Positions 25,345 through 36,200 of a DNA stretch of 57,373 nt are shown piece by piece (the stretch's first letter is position 1; every line of letters begins with the position of its first letter). The notes under the pieces were generated by a model that saw only the letters and a list, made by a program, of their open reading frames with translations, was not told where the DNA came from and made no database searches. The DNA comes from Candidatus Pacearchaeota archaeon (GTDB taxonomy: Archaea > Nanobdellota > Nanobdellia > Pacearchaeales > GW2011-AR1), in the NCBI GenBank assembly GCA_018303945.1, contig JAGVXD010000007.1, positions 1-57,373 of the forward strand, read 5' to 3'. Both the position numbers and the translations under genes were made by a program.

Positions 25345-28158
25345 ATGTACAATACGCAAGAAGTTGAAAGCCAAATATTGGAATTCTGGAAGAAAAACAA
25401 GATATTTGAAAAATTAAGAGAGAAAAATAAAGGAAAGAAAAGATGGAGTTTTCTTGACGGCCCAATAACTGCCAATAACCCTATGGGCGTTCATCACGCA
25501 TGGGGAAGAACTTACAAGGATTTATTCCAGAGATTTAAAGCCATGCAGGGATATTATCAGAGATTTCAAAATGGTTTTGACTGCCAGGGACTATGGGTGG
25601 AGAGAGAAGAAGAGAAAGATCTTGGGCTAAAAGACAAGAAAGATATAGAAAAATTTGGCATACTTAACTTTGTAAATGCCTGCAAAAAAAGAGTTCAGAA
25701 GTTCTCTAAGATACAGGCAGAACAGAGCATAAGGCTGGGCTACTGGATGGACTGGGATAATTCCTATTATACCATGAGTGATGAAAATAACCTGCATAAT
25801 TGGTTTTTATTAAAAACATATTATGAGAAAGGCTGGCTATATAAAGGAAAAGATGCAGTCCCTTGGTGCTGGAGATGCGGCACTGCAAGCTCTAAACACG
25901 ATATTGCCACTGAAGGATATAAAGAAGTAACTCATAAGGGATTATTCATGCGGTTTCCGCTAAAGGCAAATCAGAATGAATATTTTCTGATATTTACTAC
26001 AACGCCATGGACGGTTCCCGCAAACGTTGCCATTGCTGTCAATCCAAAATTAGATTATGTTAAAGTTGAGAATGAGGGCGTTAAATATTGGATTGTGGAG
26101 TCAAGATTAAATGAGATTAATGGAAAGTACAAGATATTAGAGAAAGTTAAAGGGAAAAAACTAAAGGGCATTGAGTATTTAATGCCTTATGCCAAACTTG
26201 AAGTACAGAAAAAATCTCCGCATAAAGTCGTATTGTGGGATATTGCTTCCGGAGAAGAAGGAACTGGAATAGTGCATATTGCTCCGGGTTGCGGAACAGA
26301 AGATTTTGAGTTAGGAAAGAGAGATAATTTGCCTGCTATCTCCCCCCTGAATGAATCTGGATTTTACAATGAAGGATATGAAGAATTTAGCCTGAAAAAA
26401 TATTCAGATGTTAATAATCTTGTCTTGGAAGATATTGATAGAAGAAACTTCGTCTATAAGATAACAAACATACGCCATAGATATCCTCATTGCTGGAGAT
26501 GCGGACAAGAATTAGTGTTTAGATTAGTTGATGAATGGTATATAAAATCAAAAGAAATAAGAAAAAATCTAATAAGAGAAAACAAGAAAGTTAATTGGTA
26601 TCCTCAATATGGAAAAGTCAGGCAGGAAGAGTGGTTTAAAAATATGGGGGACTGGCTTATTTCCAGAGAGAGATATTGGGGATTGCCTTTGCCAATATGG
26701 GTATGTGAATGCGGAGAGATAGAAGTTATAGGAAGCTTAAAGGAATTAAAGGAAAAAGCAGTGGACAAGAAAAAAGTTGATGACCTGCCAGAAATACATA
26801 GACCGTGGATTGATGATATTAAGATAAAATGCAAAAATTGCAAGAAAGAAGCCGAGAGAATAAAAGATGTTGGGGATGCATGGCTTGACGCTGGAATTGT
26901 GCCTTTTTCTACAATCGGTCCTTATCTGGAGAATAAAAATGAATGGGAAAAATGGTATCCTGTAGATTTAATAAGTGAGAATATTCCTGGACAATTCAGA
27001 GGATGGTTTAATGCGTTGTTTTGGTCCGGAGTAACCTTAACCGGAAAGGCTCCTTTCAAAGCGCTATTTGGATATGAAACTCTTAAAGATGAAAAAGGAG
27101 AGGAGATGCATAAAAGCAAGGGAAATGCAATATGGTTTGATGATGCAGTTGGAAAAGTTGGAGCAGACCCGATGAGACTGATTTTCATGCTTCAAGATCC
27201 CTCTCAAGAATTAAGATTTGGCTATAATGTACTAAAAGAGCCAACAAATAATCTAGGCATATTGTATAATATTAAAAAATTAGTTAAAAAATCTAAAGAA
27301 AGTAAAATTGGTGCTGTTGAAGATAAATGGATATTGAGCAAGATAAATAATTTAATAGTTAATGTAACTGAAGAAATGGAGAGTTTTCATCCCCATCTTG
27401 CTGCAAGAGCCCTGCAGGAATTCTGGTTAAAGGATTTCAGCAGAGGATATATTCAGATTATAAGAGAAAGATTATCTGAAGATGATGTTGCTGCACAAAA
27501 TGTATTAAGAGAAGTCTATCTTAATTTAATCAAATTATGCGCTCCTTTTGTTCCATTCATTATGGAAAAAATCTGGCTGGAATTAAAAGAAGATAAAATA
27601 GTTGATGGTGAATCAATACATTTAAGTGATTGGCCAAATCCGAACAGGAAAAAGATTGATGATAAACAGGAAAAAGATTTTGAAACAGCTTTCAAGATTA
27701 TTGAATATGGATTAGCAGAGAGAGACAAATCAAAAATAGGATTGAGATGGCCACTGGCTAAGGCATTAGTTATATCTGGAGAGAAATTATCCGGAGAGAT
27801 AAAAGAAATACTCTCCAGGCAGTTAAATGTAAAAAAAATTGAGCTGAAAAAAGGAGAGAACCTGGAAGTTCATCTTGATACTGCAATGACTCCAGAACTT
27901 GAAGCAGAAGGATTCTCTAGAGAATTAGCAAGAAAAGTTCAGGCAGAAAGAAAAAATGCCGGGCTGAAAAAAGGAGATCTAGTTCAGCTGAAAATTTATT
28001 GTGAAAAGGCGATGGAGAAGATGTTTTCTTCCCACCTGGACTTTCTAAAGCAGAGAACAAACAGCGGCAAGATAATATTTATCGAAGATAAATACCCGCC
28101 TGAGGCAATTGTATTTACTATAAAAGAGAAAAAAATCGCAATAGAGCTATGTAATTGA
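25345..28158 (+). CDS. ileS: class Ia aminoacyl-tRNA synthetase, most likely isoleucyl-tRNA synthetase
   Basis: WSFLDGPITANNPMGVHHAWGR...KDLFQRFKAMQG...GFDCQGLWVE follows the IleRS N-terminal pattern (f.DGPP.aNG..H.GH...KD...Ry..m.G...GwDchGLP.E). Zinc knuckles PWCWRCGT and HCWRCGQELVFRLVDEWYI. KMSKS-like EMHKSKGN. Confidence 0.75.
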   Translation: MYNTQEVESQILEFWKKNKIFEKLREKNKGKKRWSFLDGPITANNPMGVHHAWGRTYKDLFQRFKAMQGYYQRFQNGFDCQGLWVEREEEKDLGLKDKKDIEKFGILNFVNACKKRVQKFSKIQAEQSIRLGYWMDWDNSYYTMSDENNLHNWFLLKTYYEKGWLYKGKDAVPWCWRCGTASSKHDIATEGYKEVTHKGLFMRFPLKANQNEYFLIFTTTPWTVPANVAIAVNPKLDYVKVENEGVKYWIVESRLNEINGKYKILEKVKGKKLKGIEYLMPYAKLEVQKKSPHKVVLWDIASGEEGTGIVHIAPGCGTEDFELGKRDNLPAISPLNESGFYNEGYEEFSLKKYSDVNNLVLEDIDRRNFVYKITNIRHRYPHCWRCGQELVFRLVDEWYIKSKEIRKNLIRENKKVNWYPQYGKVRQEEWFKNMGDWLISRERYWGLPLPIWVCECGEIEVIGSLKELKEKAVDKKKVDDLPEIHRPWIDDIKIKCKNCKKEAERIKDVGDAWLDAGIVPFSTIGPYLENKNEWEKWYPVDLISENIPGQFRGWFNALFWSGVTLTGKAPFKALFGYETLKDEKGEEMHKSKGNAIWFDDAVGKVGADPMRLIFMLQDPSQELRFGYNVLKEPTNNLGILYNIKKLVKKSKESKIGAVEDKWILSKINNLIVNVTEEMESFHPHLAARALQEFWLKDFSRGYIQIIRERLSEDDVAAQNVLREVYLNLIKLCAPFVPFIMEKIWLELKEDKIVDGESIHLSDWPNPNRKKIDDKQEKDFETAFKIIEYGLAERDKSKIGLRWPLAKALVISGEKLSGEIKEILSRQLNVKKIELKKGENLEVHLDTAMTPELEAEGFSRELARKVQAERKNAGLKKGDLVQLKIYCEKAMEKMFSSHLDFLKQRTNSGKIIFIEDKYPPEAIVFTIKEKKIAIELCN

Positions 28159-28231
28159 ATAAGAGTAATCCATAGAAAAGATTTAAATAGTAGTAGTTTC
28201 TTTGTTACGCATAGAGGATGATTATAAACAT

Positions 28232-29050
28232 ATGATAATCAAAGAAGAGTTTTTAAGTCGGCTAAGGAAAATATTTGATTTGAATCTTTATGAGGCAAAG
28301 GTTTGGACTGCTCTTCTTTCGCGTGGTGTTTCTACTGCTGGTGAGTTAAGTAGCATATCTGACGTTCCAAGAAGCAGGACATATGATATATTAGAGTCTC
28401 TGGAGAAAAAAGGTTTCATTGTTATGAAGATAGGAAAACCTATCAAGTTTGTAGCCCTTAAGCCTGAAGAGGTAGTTGAAAGAGTAAAGAAGAATCTTAT
28501 AGTAATTGCTCAAGAAAAGAGCAAGAGACTTGAGAAGCTCCGCAATGATGAAGTTCTTGATGAGCTTAACAATTTATTTACCAATGGTATAAAGTTTGTA
28601 GAGCCATCTGATTTGTCTGGAAGCTTAAGAGGCAGACAGAATATGTATAATCACATGGATATGATGATAAGATCTGCAGAGAAAACAATAACTCTTGTAA
28701 CGACTACAGATGGGCTGAACAGGAAATTAGAAGCTTTGCTTCCTGCATTTGAGAAGGCAAGAAAGAGAGGCGTTACAATAAGAATTGCAGCACCATTAAC
28801 TGCAGATAACTACAAGATTGCAAAAGAAATGTCTAGGTTTGCTGAAGTAAGAAACTTATCAGGTTTTCAGGGAAGATTTGCAATAATAGACTCCGAGCAA
28901 GTAATGTTTATGCTTCTAGATGATAAGTCCGTTCATCCTAGCTATGATGTAGCTGTATGGCTTTCTACAGAGTTTTTTGCAAAATCCTTAGAGCAAATGT
29001 TTGAGCTTGCATGGAGCCAATTTACTCCATTAAACAAAATTAGAATTTAA
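28232..29050 (+). CDS. TrmB-family transcriptional regulator
   Basis: The N-terminal wHTH YEAKVWTALLSRGVSTAGELSSISDVPRSRTYDILESLEKKGFI is typical of TrmB. A C-terminal effector-type domain follows. ATG 28232 was preferred over the TTG at 28202. Confidence 0.8.
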   Translation: MIIKEEFLSRLRKIFDLNLYEAKVWTALLSRGVSTAGELSSISDVPRSRTYDILESLEKKGFIVMKIGKPIKFVALKPEEVVERVKKNLIVIAQEKSKRLEKLRNDEVLDELNNLFTNGIKFVEPSDLSGSLRGRQNMYNHMDMMIRSAEKTITLVTTTDGLNRKLEALLPAFEKARKRGVTIRIAAPLTADNYKIAKEMSRFAEVRNLSGFQGRFAIIDSEQVMFMLLDDKSVHPSYDVAVWLSTEFFAKSLEQMFELAWSQFTPLNKIRI

Positions 29051-29087
29051 GCGATAGATTCTTAAGATATAGAGGCATTTAACATAT

Positions 29088-29840
29088 ATGAATCTTATAG
29101 ACGTGCATTGCCATCTGGACATTTGTGACGATATTGAAGGTGTGCTTGAGCGTGCCAAGGCATCTGAAGTAAAAAAGATAATTACTAATGGGATTAATCT
29201 TGATTCTAATAAGAAAGCCCTGGAACTATCACTCAAATATCCTGAAATAAAAAGCGCTATTGGATTATACCCTATAGATGCGTTATCCTTAAATGAAAAA
29301 GAAATAAATGAAATAATTTCTTTTATAAAGGGCAATTCTGATAAAATTATAGCAATAGGTGAAGTTGGCTTGGACTTCAAGGAAGATGATAAACAGCATG
29401 AAAGGCAGAAAGAAATATTCAAGATTATGATAAAACTATCCAAGGATTTGGATAAGCCGATTATTGTACACTCGCGCAGAGCAGAAAAAGAGTGCATTGA
29501 AATATTAGAAGAGATGCAGGTTAAAAAAGTAATTATGCATTGCTTTAGCGGGAGAAAAAACCTAATAGCTAGGATAGTTGCTAATAAGTGGTTTATAAGT
29601 GTGCCAACCAATGCAAAATATAGCCGGCAATTCCAGCAAATGGCTTATGATGCACCATTAACGCAGATTTTCTGCGAGACAGATTCTCCTTTTCTTCATC
29701 CTGACAAACTGAAAAACAATGAGCCTTCATTTATAATAGAAAGTTATAAGATAATTGCAGCTAAAAAAGGCATATCTTTGCAGGAAGTAAGTGAGATAAT
29801 AGAAAGAAACTATAATAAATTATTTTCTCATGAAAATTGA
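29088..29840 (+). CDS. tatD: TatD-family metal-dependent hydrolase/DNase
   Basis: IDVHCHLD, EVGLDF, VHSR, HCFSG and ETDSPFL motifs in the canonical order. Confidence 0.85.
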   Translation: MNLIDVHCHLDICDDIEGVLERAKASEVKKIITNGINLDSNKKALELSLKYPEIKSAIGLYPIDALSLNEKEINEIISFIKGNSDKIIAIGEVGLDFKEDDKQHERQKEIFKIMIKLSKDLDKPIIVHSRRAEKECIEILEEMQVKKVIMHCFSGRKNLIARIVANKWFISVPTNAKYSRQFQQMAYDAPLTQIFCETDSPFLHPDKLKNNEPSFIIESYKIIAAKKGISLQEVSEIIERNYNKLFSHEN

Positions 29841-29879
29841 AAGTAACAAGGATTAAATAGGTCTAAAACATGTATTTTC

Positions 29880-30089
29880 ATGCACTCAAAAAGAGGTCTG
29901 GCGGGGTGGATTCTCATATTTGCATCTTTAATAGTATGGCTTATCATAATAATTGTATGGTACAGGCCGTCTTCGGTCCTTGACTTGACGGACAAGACTA
30001 ATCTATTCATAGTTATATGGTGGAGCATTGTATGCATTATCTGCTTATTTATAGGATATAGAATAGAACGTCGCAGGGAAACGCAATAG
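29880..30089 (+). CDS. small membrane protein
   Basis: 69 aa with two hydrophobic helices and a basic tail. Confidence 0.4.
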   Translation: MHSKRGLAGWILIFASLIVWLIIIIVWYRPSSVLDLTDKTNLFIVIWWSIVCIICLFIGYRIERRRETQ

Positions 30090-30131
30090 CTGCAAGAAAG
30101 GGCTTAAATATAGATGAGTATCTAAAATTAT

Positions 30132-33100
30132 ATGAATAAGAGGTTAATCTTGTTTCTGGCAGTAATATTTATAATTGTAATTAAATCTGTATGGGCTTTA
30201 GCAGATATAGAACCTCAAGCAATAAAATCCCTTGAAAAAGAAGATAAAATACCTGTAATAATAACCTTTAAAGATGCTTCTTCTGACCAAAACACTTTAA
30301 AAAAGGCAAATGTGAAAAGAGAATTGGTAATTGAGCAACGCGGGCATATAGGAAGAGCAAAAGTAAACTCTGATGAATTGGAGAAGCTTAGAAATTATGA
30401 TAATATCGCTAAAATAAGCTATGATTATCCTGTACATGCCTTCCTACAAACTTCTCCAGGAATAATAAATGCGACAAGAGTCTGGCCTTTATTGTCAAAC
30501 AATGTAAACATAACAGGAACTGGACAGAGCATATGCATAATAGATACTGGAATTAACTATTCACATAGTTCTTTGGGAGGGTGCTATGGAAATAATAATG
30601 CTTCATCAGTATGCAAAGTAAAGGGAGGATATAACTTTGTAAGCAATTCAAATGACCCTCTTGATGACCATGGACATGGGACTTTTACTGCTGGAATTTC
30701 AGCTGCACAAGGCAATATAACTGGAGTAGCTCCTGGAGCTTCGCTTCTTGCTTTGAAGGCTTTAGACAATGCAGGCAGTGGATTCACTTCAGACATAATA
30801 GCTGCCATTGATTGGTGTGTTGGTAATGCGTCAGTTTATAATATAAGTGTTATAAGCATGAGTCTAGGCACTTCACAGCTATATTCTACATATTGCGATT
30901 CTCAACAATCAGATTTTGCTGACTCAATAAATAACGCCGTTGCTAAGAATATAAGCGTTATCGCTGCTGTGGGTAATGAAAATCTTCCGAGCGTTCCAAG
31001 AAACACAAGCGCAATAGCTGCCCCTGCGTGTGTGGAAAACGCCACTTCTGTATCTGCAACTAATAAAAATGACAATATTGCAAGCTATGCCCATTACAGC
31101 CCCTTTGTTTCTATATTTGCGCCCGGCACTAGCATAAACAGCACAGATATAGATGGAACTTTCTCCACAGATTCCGGGACTTCGATGGCTGCACCGCATG
31201 TCGCAGGAGGAGTCGCATTAATAAAACAATTTCTTTCCATTTATGGGTTAAACTCTACATCGCGAAACATAACGAGAACTCTAAACACGACGGGGGATAG
31301 AGTTACGGATGGAAGCAGAAATTTCACGAGGGTTAACTTATATCGGGCAATTCTTGCTTTTGACATTTTTTCTCCTTCAATTACTCTTCTAAATCCGGCT
31401 AACAATACTATTAACCTCAATACAAGCCAGATTTTCAGATGCAGTGCAACAGATTTCATATTGCAGAATGGAAGTGTGATGATATGGAACTCTACCGGAG
31501 CATTAATAAATGAGAGTACCTATTCTGTATTAAACGGAAGCGCCGCGATAGAAAACAACGTTAGCCTTAATAATATTGACACATATCTCTGGAACTGTAT
31601 ATTTACAGATGCTGCAGGAAATAGGGCTGGAGCTTCTTCAAATCTTACCCTTGACTTGACAAGCTTGACAACTTCTTTAATCTCTCCAGTAAACAATCTG
31701 AATACAAGACAAAATCAGACTTTTACCTGTAACTCAACTTCAAGCAGCAATCTGGCGAACTCCAGTTTTTACATATGGAATGAAACTGCTCTTTTAGCTA
31801 ATATAAATTCAAGCATTTCCGGAAATTATAATCTCTCCAATTTCTCTTATAATGTAAGTGAAGGGTCTTACGAATGGAATTGCAAGTACCAGAATATCCA
31901 AGGAACATCCCAATTTGCTTTATCCAATTTCACTTTTTCTTATGATTTGACTCCTCCAACAAATAACATTCAGAGTCCAATAAATGGCAGCTGGTATAAT
32001 TACGGAAGATTTAATGCCAGCATTAATGAGCAAGGAAACTGCTCATATACACTCGATAATGGAATAAACAATGTAAGCATGAACTCTACAAATTATCTTA
32101 ACTTCAGCCTAATAAACAATACACTTATTCAGAATTCTACTTATAATGTCACATACTTATGCACTGATAACGCCGGAAATACCAATCAGTCTGCACAAAT
32201 AAGCTTTACAATTGACCTGACTCCTCCCAGCATAAACACGAGCAGCCCAGATAATTCTGCGACATTCAATGGGGCAAGTACACTGAACTTTAACTATACT
32301 GTTCAAGACAACCTAAACATAAGCAAATGCGAATTAATAGTAAATAGTGCAGTGAACGCGACTAATAGTTCTATAACTAATACTTCTAACTCATATATAT
32401 TTACACAGACATTTGGAGCAGGAAGCTATACATGGAATATAAGCTGTTTGGATGATGCCTCTAATGAAGGAATATCTGAAACTAGAAGTTTTGTCGTAAA
32501 TTCTCCCAGCACAGCGGCTTCTTCATCCGGAGGGGGAAGTGGCGGTGGAGGGGGCGGAGGAGCATCTTTGTCAAGCATTTATACTTTAAGTCCTGAACAA
32601 TCATTGCAAGGATACACTAAAGAGCTAAAGAAATCTGATAAAATACAGTTCACTATATTTGATATAAATGCCTCTAAGCATACGGTATCTGTTGAAAATA
32701 TAACAAATGAAGCAGTAAATATTACTATCAGAAGCTCTCCAATAAACGTCCTTCTGGGAATTGGGCAGAGTATAAAACTTAACCTTACTAGTGCAGATTA
32801 TTACGACTTATACATTAAAGTTGAAAAAATAAGCCTGCCAAATGTTTTACTCACAATTCAGACGATAAAAGATCCTATAATCAATGCTGTTAGCAATGCA
32901 TCTTCTTATCCGGGAAACATCAGCGTAATGGAGCAGAAAAATAAAGATGGAGAAAATGCAAGAGTGAAAATAAATCTTGCCCCGTATTTTGCAGGAATGA
33001 TTATTGTTGCTATGTTGGCTGGTATAGTTATACATATAATAGATGTCAGAAGAGAAAATAAAATGAAGGATGAGGTTGCCAGAGCTATAAAATCAATAAA

Positions 33101-33143
33101 GAAACGCAGAAGACAAAAGACAAATTATAGGAAATCACTTTAA
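30132..33143 (+). CDS. secreted subtilisin-like (S8) serine protease with Ig-like repeats, Gly linker, conserved C-terminal module and TM anchor
   Basis: Signal peptide. Catalytic triad contexts are CIIDTGI (Asp), HGHGTFTAG (His) and GTSMAAPHVAG (Ser). Many N-x-S/T sequons. SSGGGSGGGGGGGA linker. C-terminal helix FAGMIIVAMLAGIVIHII plus a basic tail. Confidence 0.85.
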   Translation: MNKRLILFLAVIFIIVIKSVWALADIEPQAIKSLEKEDKIPVIITFKDASSDQNTLKKANVKRELVIEQRGHIGRAKVNSDELEKLRNYDNIAKISYDYPVHAFLQTSPGIINATRVWPLLSNNVNITGTGQSICIIDTGINYSHSSLGGCYGNNNASSVCKVKGGYNFVSNSNDPLDDHGHGTFTAGISAAQGNITGVAPGASLLALKALDNAGSGFTSDIIAAIDWCVGNASVYNISVISMSLGTSQLYSTYCDSQQSDFADSINNAVAKNISVIAAVGNENLPSVPRNTSAIAAPACVENATSVSATNKNDNIASYAHYSPFVSIFAPGTSINSTDIDGTFSTDSGTSMAAPHVAGGVALIKQFLSIYGLNSTSRNITRTLNTTGDRVTDGSRNFTRVNLYRAILAFDIFSPSITLLNPANNTINLNTSQIFRCSATDFILQNGSVMIWNSTGALINESTYSVLNGSAAIENNVSLNNIDTYLWNCIFTDAAGNRAGASSNLTLDLTSLTTSLISPVNNLNTRQNQTFTCNSTSSSNLANSSFYIWNETALLANINSSISGNYNLSNFSYNVSEGSYEWNCKYQNIQGTSQFALSNFTFSYDLTPPTNNIQSPINGSWYNYGRFNASINEQGNCSYTLDNGINNVSMNSTNYLNFSLINNTLIQNSTYNVTYLCTDNAGNTNQSAQISFTIDLTPPSINTSSPDNSATFNGASTLNFNYTVQDNLNISKCELIVNSAVNATNSSITNTSNSYIFTQTFGAGSYTWNISCLDDASNEGISETRSFVVNSPSTAASSSGGGSGGGGGGGASLSSIYTLSPEQSLQGYTKELKKSDKIQFTIFDINASKHTVSVENITNEAVNITIRSSPINVLLGIGQSIKLNLTSADYYDLYIKVEKISLPNVLLTIQTIKDPIINAVSNASSYPGNISVMEQKNKDGENARVKINLAPYFAGMIIVAMLAGIVIHIIDVRRENKMKDEVARAIKSIKKRRRQKTNYRKSL

Positions 33144-33174
33144 TCTAGAAATTACATAACAATATGCAATAAAA

Positions 33175-33224
33175 AATCCCATCGTGACAAACTATGGGGT
33201 ATAAGACCCATTTGGAGCAATTAA
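33175..33224. repeat. copy A of a ~50-60-nt intergenic repeat (24-nt identical core GGTATAAGACCCATTTGGAGCAAT)
   Basis: The core at 33198-33221 is identical to 54045-54068, and the flanks AATCC[CT]ATCG... also align. Both copies lie between convergent genes, just 3' of an anchored surface-protein gene. Confidence 0.6.
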
Positions 33225-33233
33225 AGTTATTAG

Positions 33234-36200
33234 CTATAAGTCTAAAGAAGATATAATTTCCCCTGTAATCTTCTCTTTAGAATCCCATCCCCCTTCAGAT
33301 TCTTGGGCATTCTTATCTTTATTTTCATCTCTGTGTTCTCCTCGCTCTCCTCCGTTCTGCATCATTGAGAAGAACTCATTAAAGAGCGCCTTTGAATCTG
33401 ATTCTGATTCCTTAGGATAATAATTCGCTGAATTCATTATGCTCTTTATCTTTAACCATGCCTGTATTCCATTGGCAACTTCTTTTACTCTCTGTGTTGG
33501 TCTTGGTGTTCTATCCCATGGTGGAGATTCAATTCTCTCGCCCTGCATTTCTTTTTCCATGGAATATATGAAATCATACATTTTGTTGAAATCTATCTCA
33601 ATGCGGATATCTTCTTGAGGCACTTCTGAAGGAAGCATTGGCTCCATCTTTAAGATATCCTCTTCATTCACCTGCACATAGAGGTTGAACACAACCTCGT
33701 CTTTCTCCATGTCCTTGAACTGAACAACTGCATCAATATTTCCGCCATATTTGGAAGTTATTTTATTTATTTTCTCTATGAATTTTTTATCTTGCTTTAT
33801 CATCATCTTCTCTTCTTCAGTTGGTCCGCCCTCATTTTCTCTCTCTGCAGCATCTTCTGAAGGTCCTGGGAATTTGTGCTCTTTCATACTCTTCTTCATC
33901 TCATTTATTATAAATTCCCGTGGAGGAAATACCCAAGTTTTCATATATGGTGTCAGCGCCTGCACTTCTTTGTCTAGACCAGGCATACGCACGGTCTTTA
34001 TTTCTTCCCAGAATTCAAGACTTCCATACTCTGTTTCATATTTAACGTTGATAAGGTTGTACTGCGGCAAAGTATCCAGATTTAAACAATTCATCTGATA
34101 CGCCGTTTCTCTTGATATTTCTACATCATGCCAGTATAACTCAAATATCCCTGAAATATGCTGCTCCCATTCATCTGCTGAATTTGCAAGATATTTTTCA
34201 AAGAACCAGGTCACAAATTCCTGATTAAAGCTCTTCTCAAATTCCTGCCTCTGCTTTTGAAGATTCTCCAATTCATTTTTACACCACTCGCCCTGCCCTC
34301 CCTGATAGTATTTTTGCTTAAGCCTCTGCCATCCTTCAAAATTCTTACCCCATCCGTCAAAGAAAATAAACGCTTCTGTCTTTGTAGGACTCTTTCTGCA
34401 CATTCCTCCAACCCTGAATACTCCAACTTCTTCCTTAAACTCCTGCTTGTTTCTCTCAAACGAGACACCAAAATCTTTTCCTTTTATACAATTATCAGAA
34501 CAGCTCTTTACACATGCGTTTAAATCTTCCTTGCTTTGGCAAGTTGATTCACAACTCTGCTTTACTTCATCAATATTGCATTCTAAATCCTCTCCGCAAC
34601 TTTCCCATATACATTTTTCTGCACATGGGCGTATTTTAGCGTCCTTGCATGTACGAGTACAATCTTCAGAACATTGAGAATCTCTTCTTTCACGTTCTTC
34701 TGACTCTCTTCTTTCCCTGTCTTCGTCATCTCTTCTTTGCCTATCCTCTTCTCTCTCGGGCGAATCTTCGCGCCTTGGCTGTTCTTCATTCTGTTGGGTA
34801 TTTGAAGTGTCTTGATTTTGCTCTGAATTATCTGTTGAAGGCTGGCTTTGCGATTCTTCTTGGCTTTCTGATGAAGTACCTGAATCTGATGTTTCTGAAG
34901 AAGGAGAATCTGAACTTGATGATTCTTGAGGCGGTTCACTTGAAGTTCCTGAAGGTTCTTCACTTGAGCTTTCTTCAATGTCAAAGCCAGTTAAAGTAAG
35001 TTTTGCAAAAGTAAAGCGGAGAAAATTCATAATTACTCCTGCTGTAACTTCTGTTTGTTCTGTTGAAGATGATTCTGGTGCTGGAGCTTCATTTACTCTA
35101 TCCTCTGCGGATTCCGGACTTTCTTGCTCTTCATTTTCTGAAGGGGGCGAGGTATCCTCTTGTAATTGCTCTTCTGAACCTGCAGGCTCGCTTTGCTCGT
35201 TGCTTGGCTCTTCAGATTCAGATGGAGTAATTTCTGTATTTTCCTGCACTGCTTCAGGAATTGCCACGCAAATGCCATTGCTGCATACATCGTTAGCATT
35301 TCCACAATCTTCTTTAGTTATGCATTGGTCACCGAGAACATCATCGTTAATTGTAGATTCATTGCCTGAACTTGTGCTTCCCTCTGTGCATATTGCGTTA
35401 AGTTGTTTCCAAATGCCTGAATCACAAACAGCATTAACTACCCTTTCTCCTGATGAACAAGACAAATATTGCTCTTCTCCTTCTGAACATTCTGATTCTC
35501 TGCACTCCTGCAACTCTGTAACTTTGCAAGTACTTTCTATGCACTCTGCTATTCCGCATAGAGGCTGCTGACAGTCAGAGGTTGCATTGCATGAAGAGAC
35601 TTCCTGAACGCAAATTGGAGGAAGTGGACAGCCGGAAGCATTCTGTCCTGAAAATATGACTCTTCCCGAACATTCTATCGCATCATAATCTGGGCAGGTT
35701 GAACAATCTTGTGAACAGCTTTCTTGCTCTCCAAATTCGCATATGTGGTTGCCGCAAACTGCCTGCCTCTGCTCCAATACTTCTTTTGCCTGACATGAAC
35801 CGGCAATACAATATAATGCTATCTCTTCCTCAATAGTGTTATTGCCGTCCTCACGAGTCACTTTTTGCTTTCCACAGACTTGTCCTCCACATTGCAAGTC
35901 TGAGCAATCAATTTGTGAATCTTTGTTGTCATCTTGGTTGTTATCGCATATCTCATTGCCTGCTTCCCTTATCTGCTCAAGCAAACGATGCTCATATTCT
36001 TTCTGTTCAAAATAAAACTCTTTTTTCTCGTAATCTTTGAATAAATTAAGATAAAATTCCTTTCTTAACTCATAATTATTTGCCTTTAATTCCTTCTCGT
36101 ATTTTCTTCTCTCCTGTTCTCTCTTTATCCACCCATATTCCTCCTGCTTCTCTCCTTCCTTGTTGTTGAATAAATTATCGGTGCTCTCACGAATATTATT

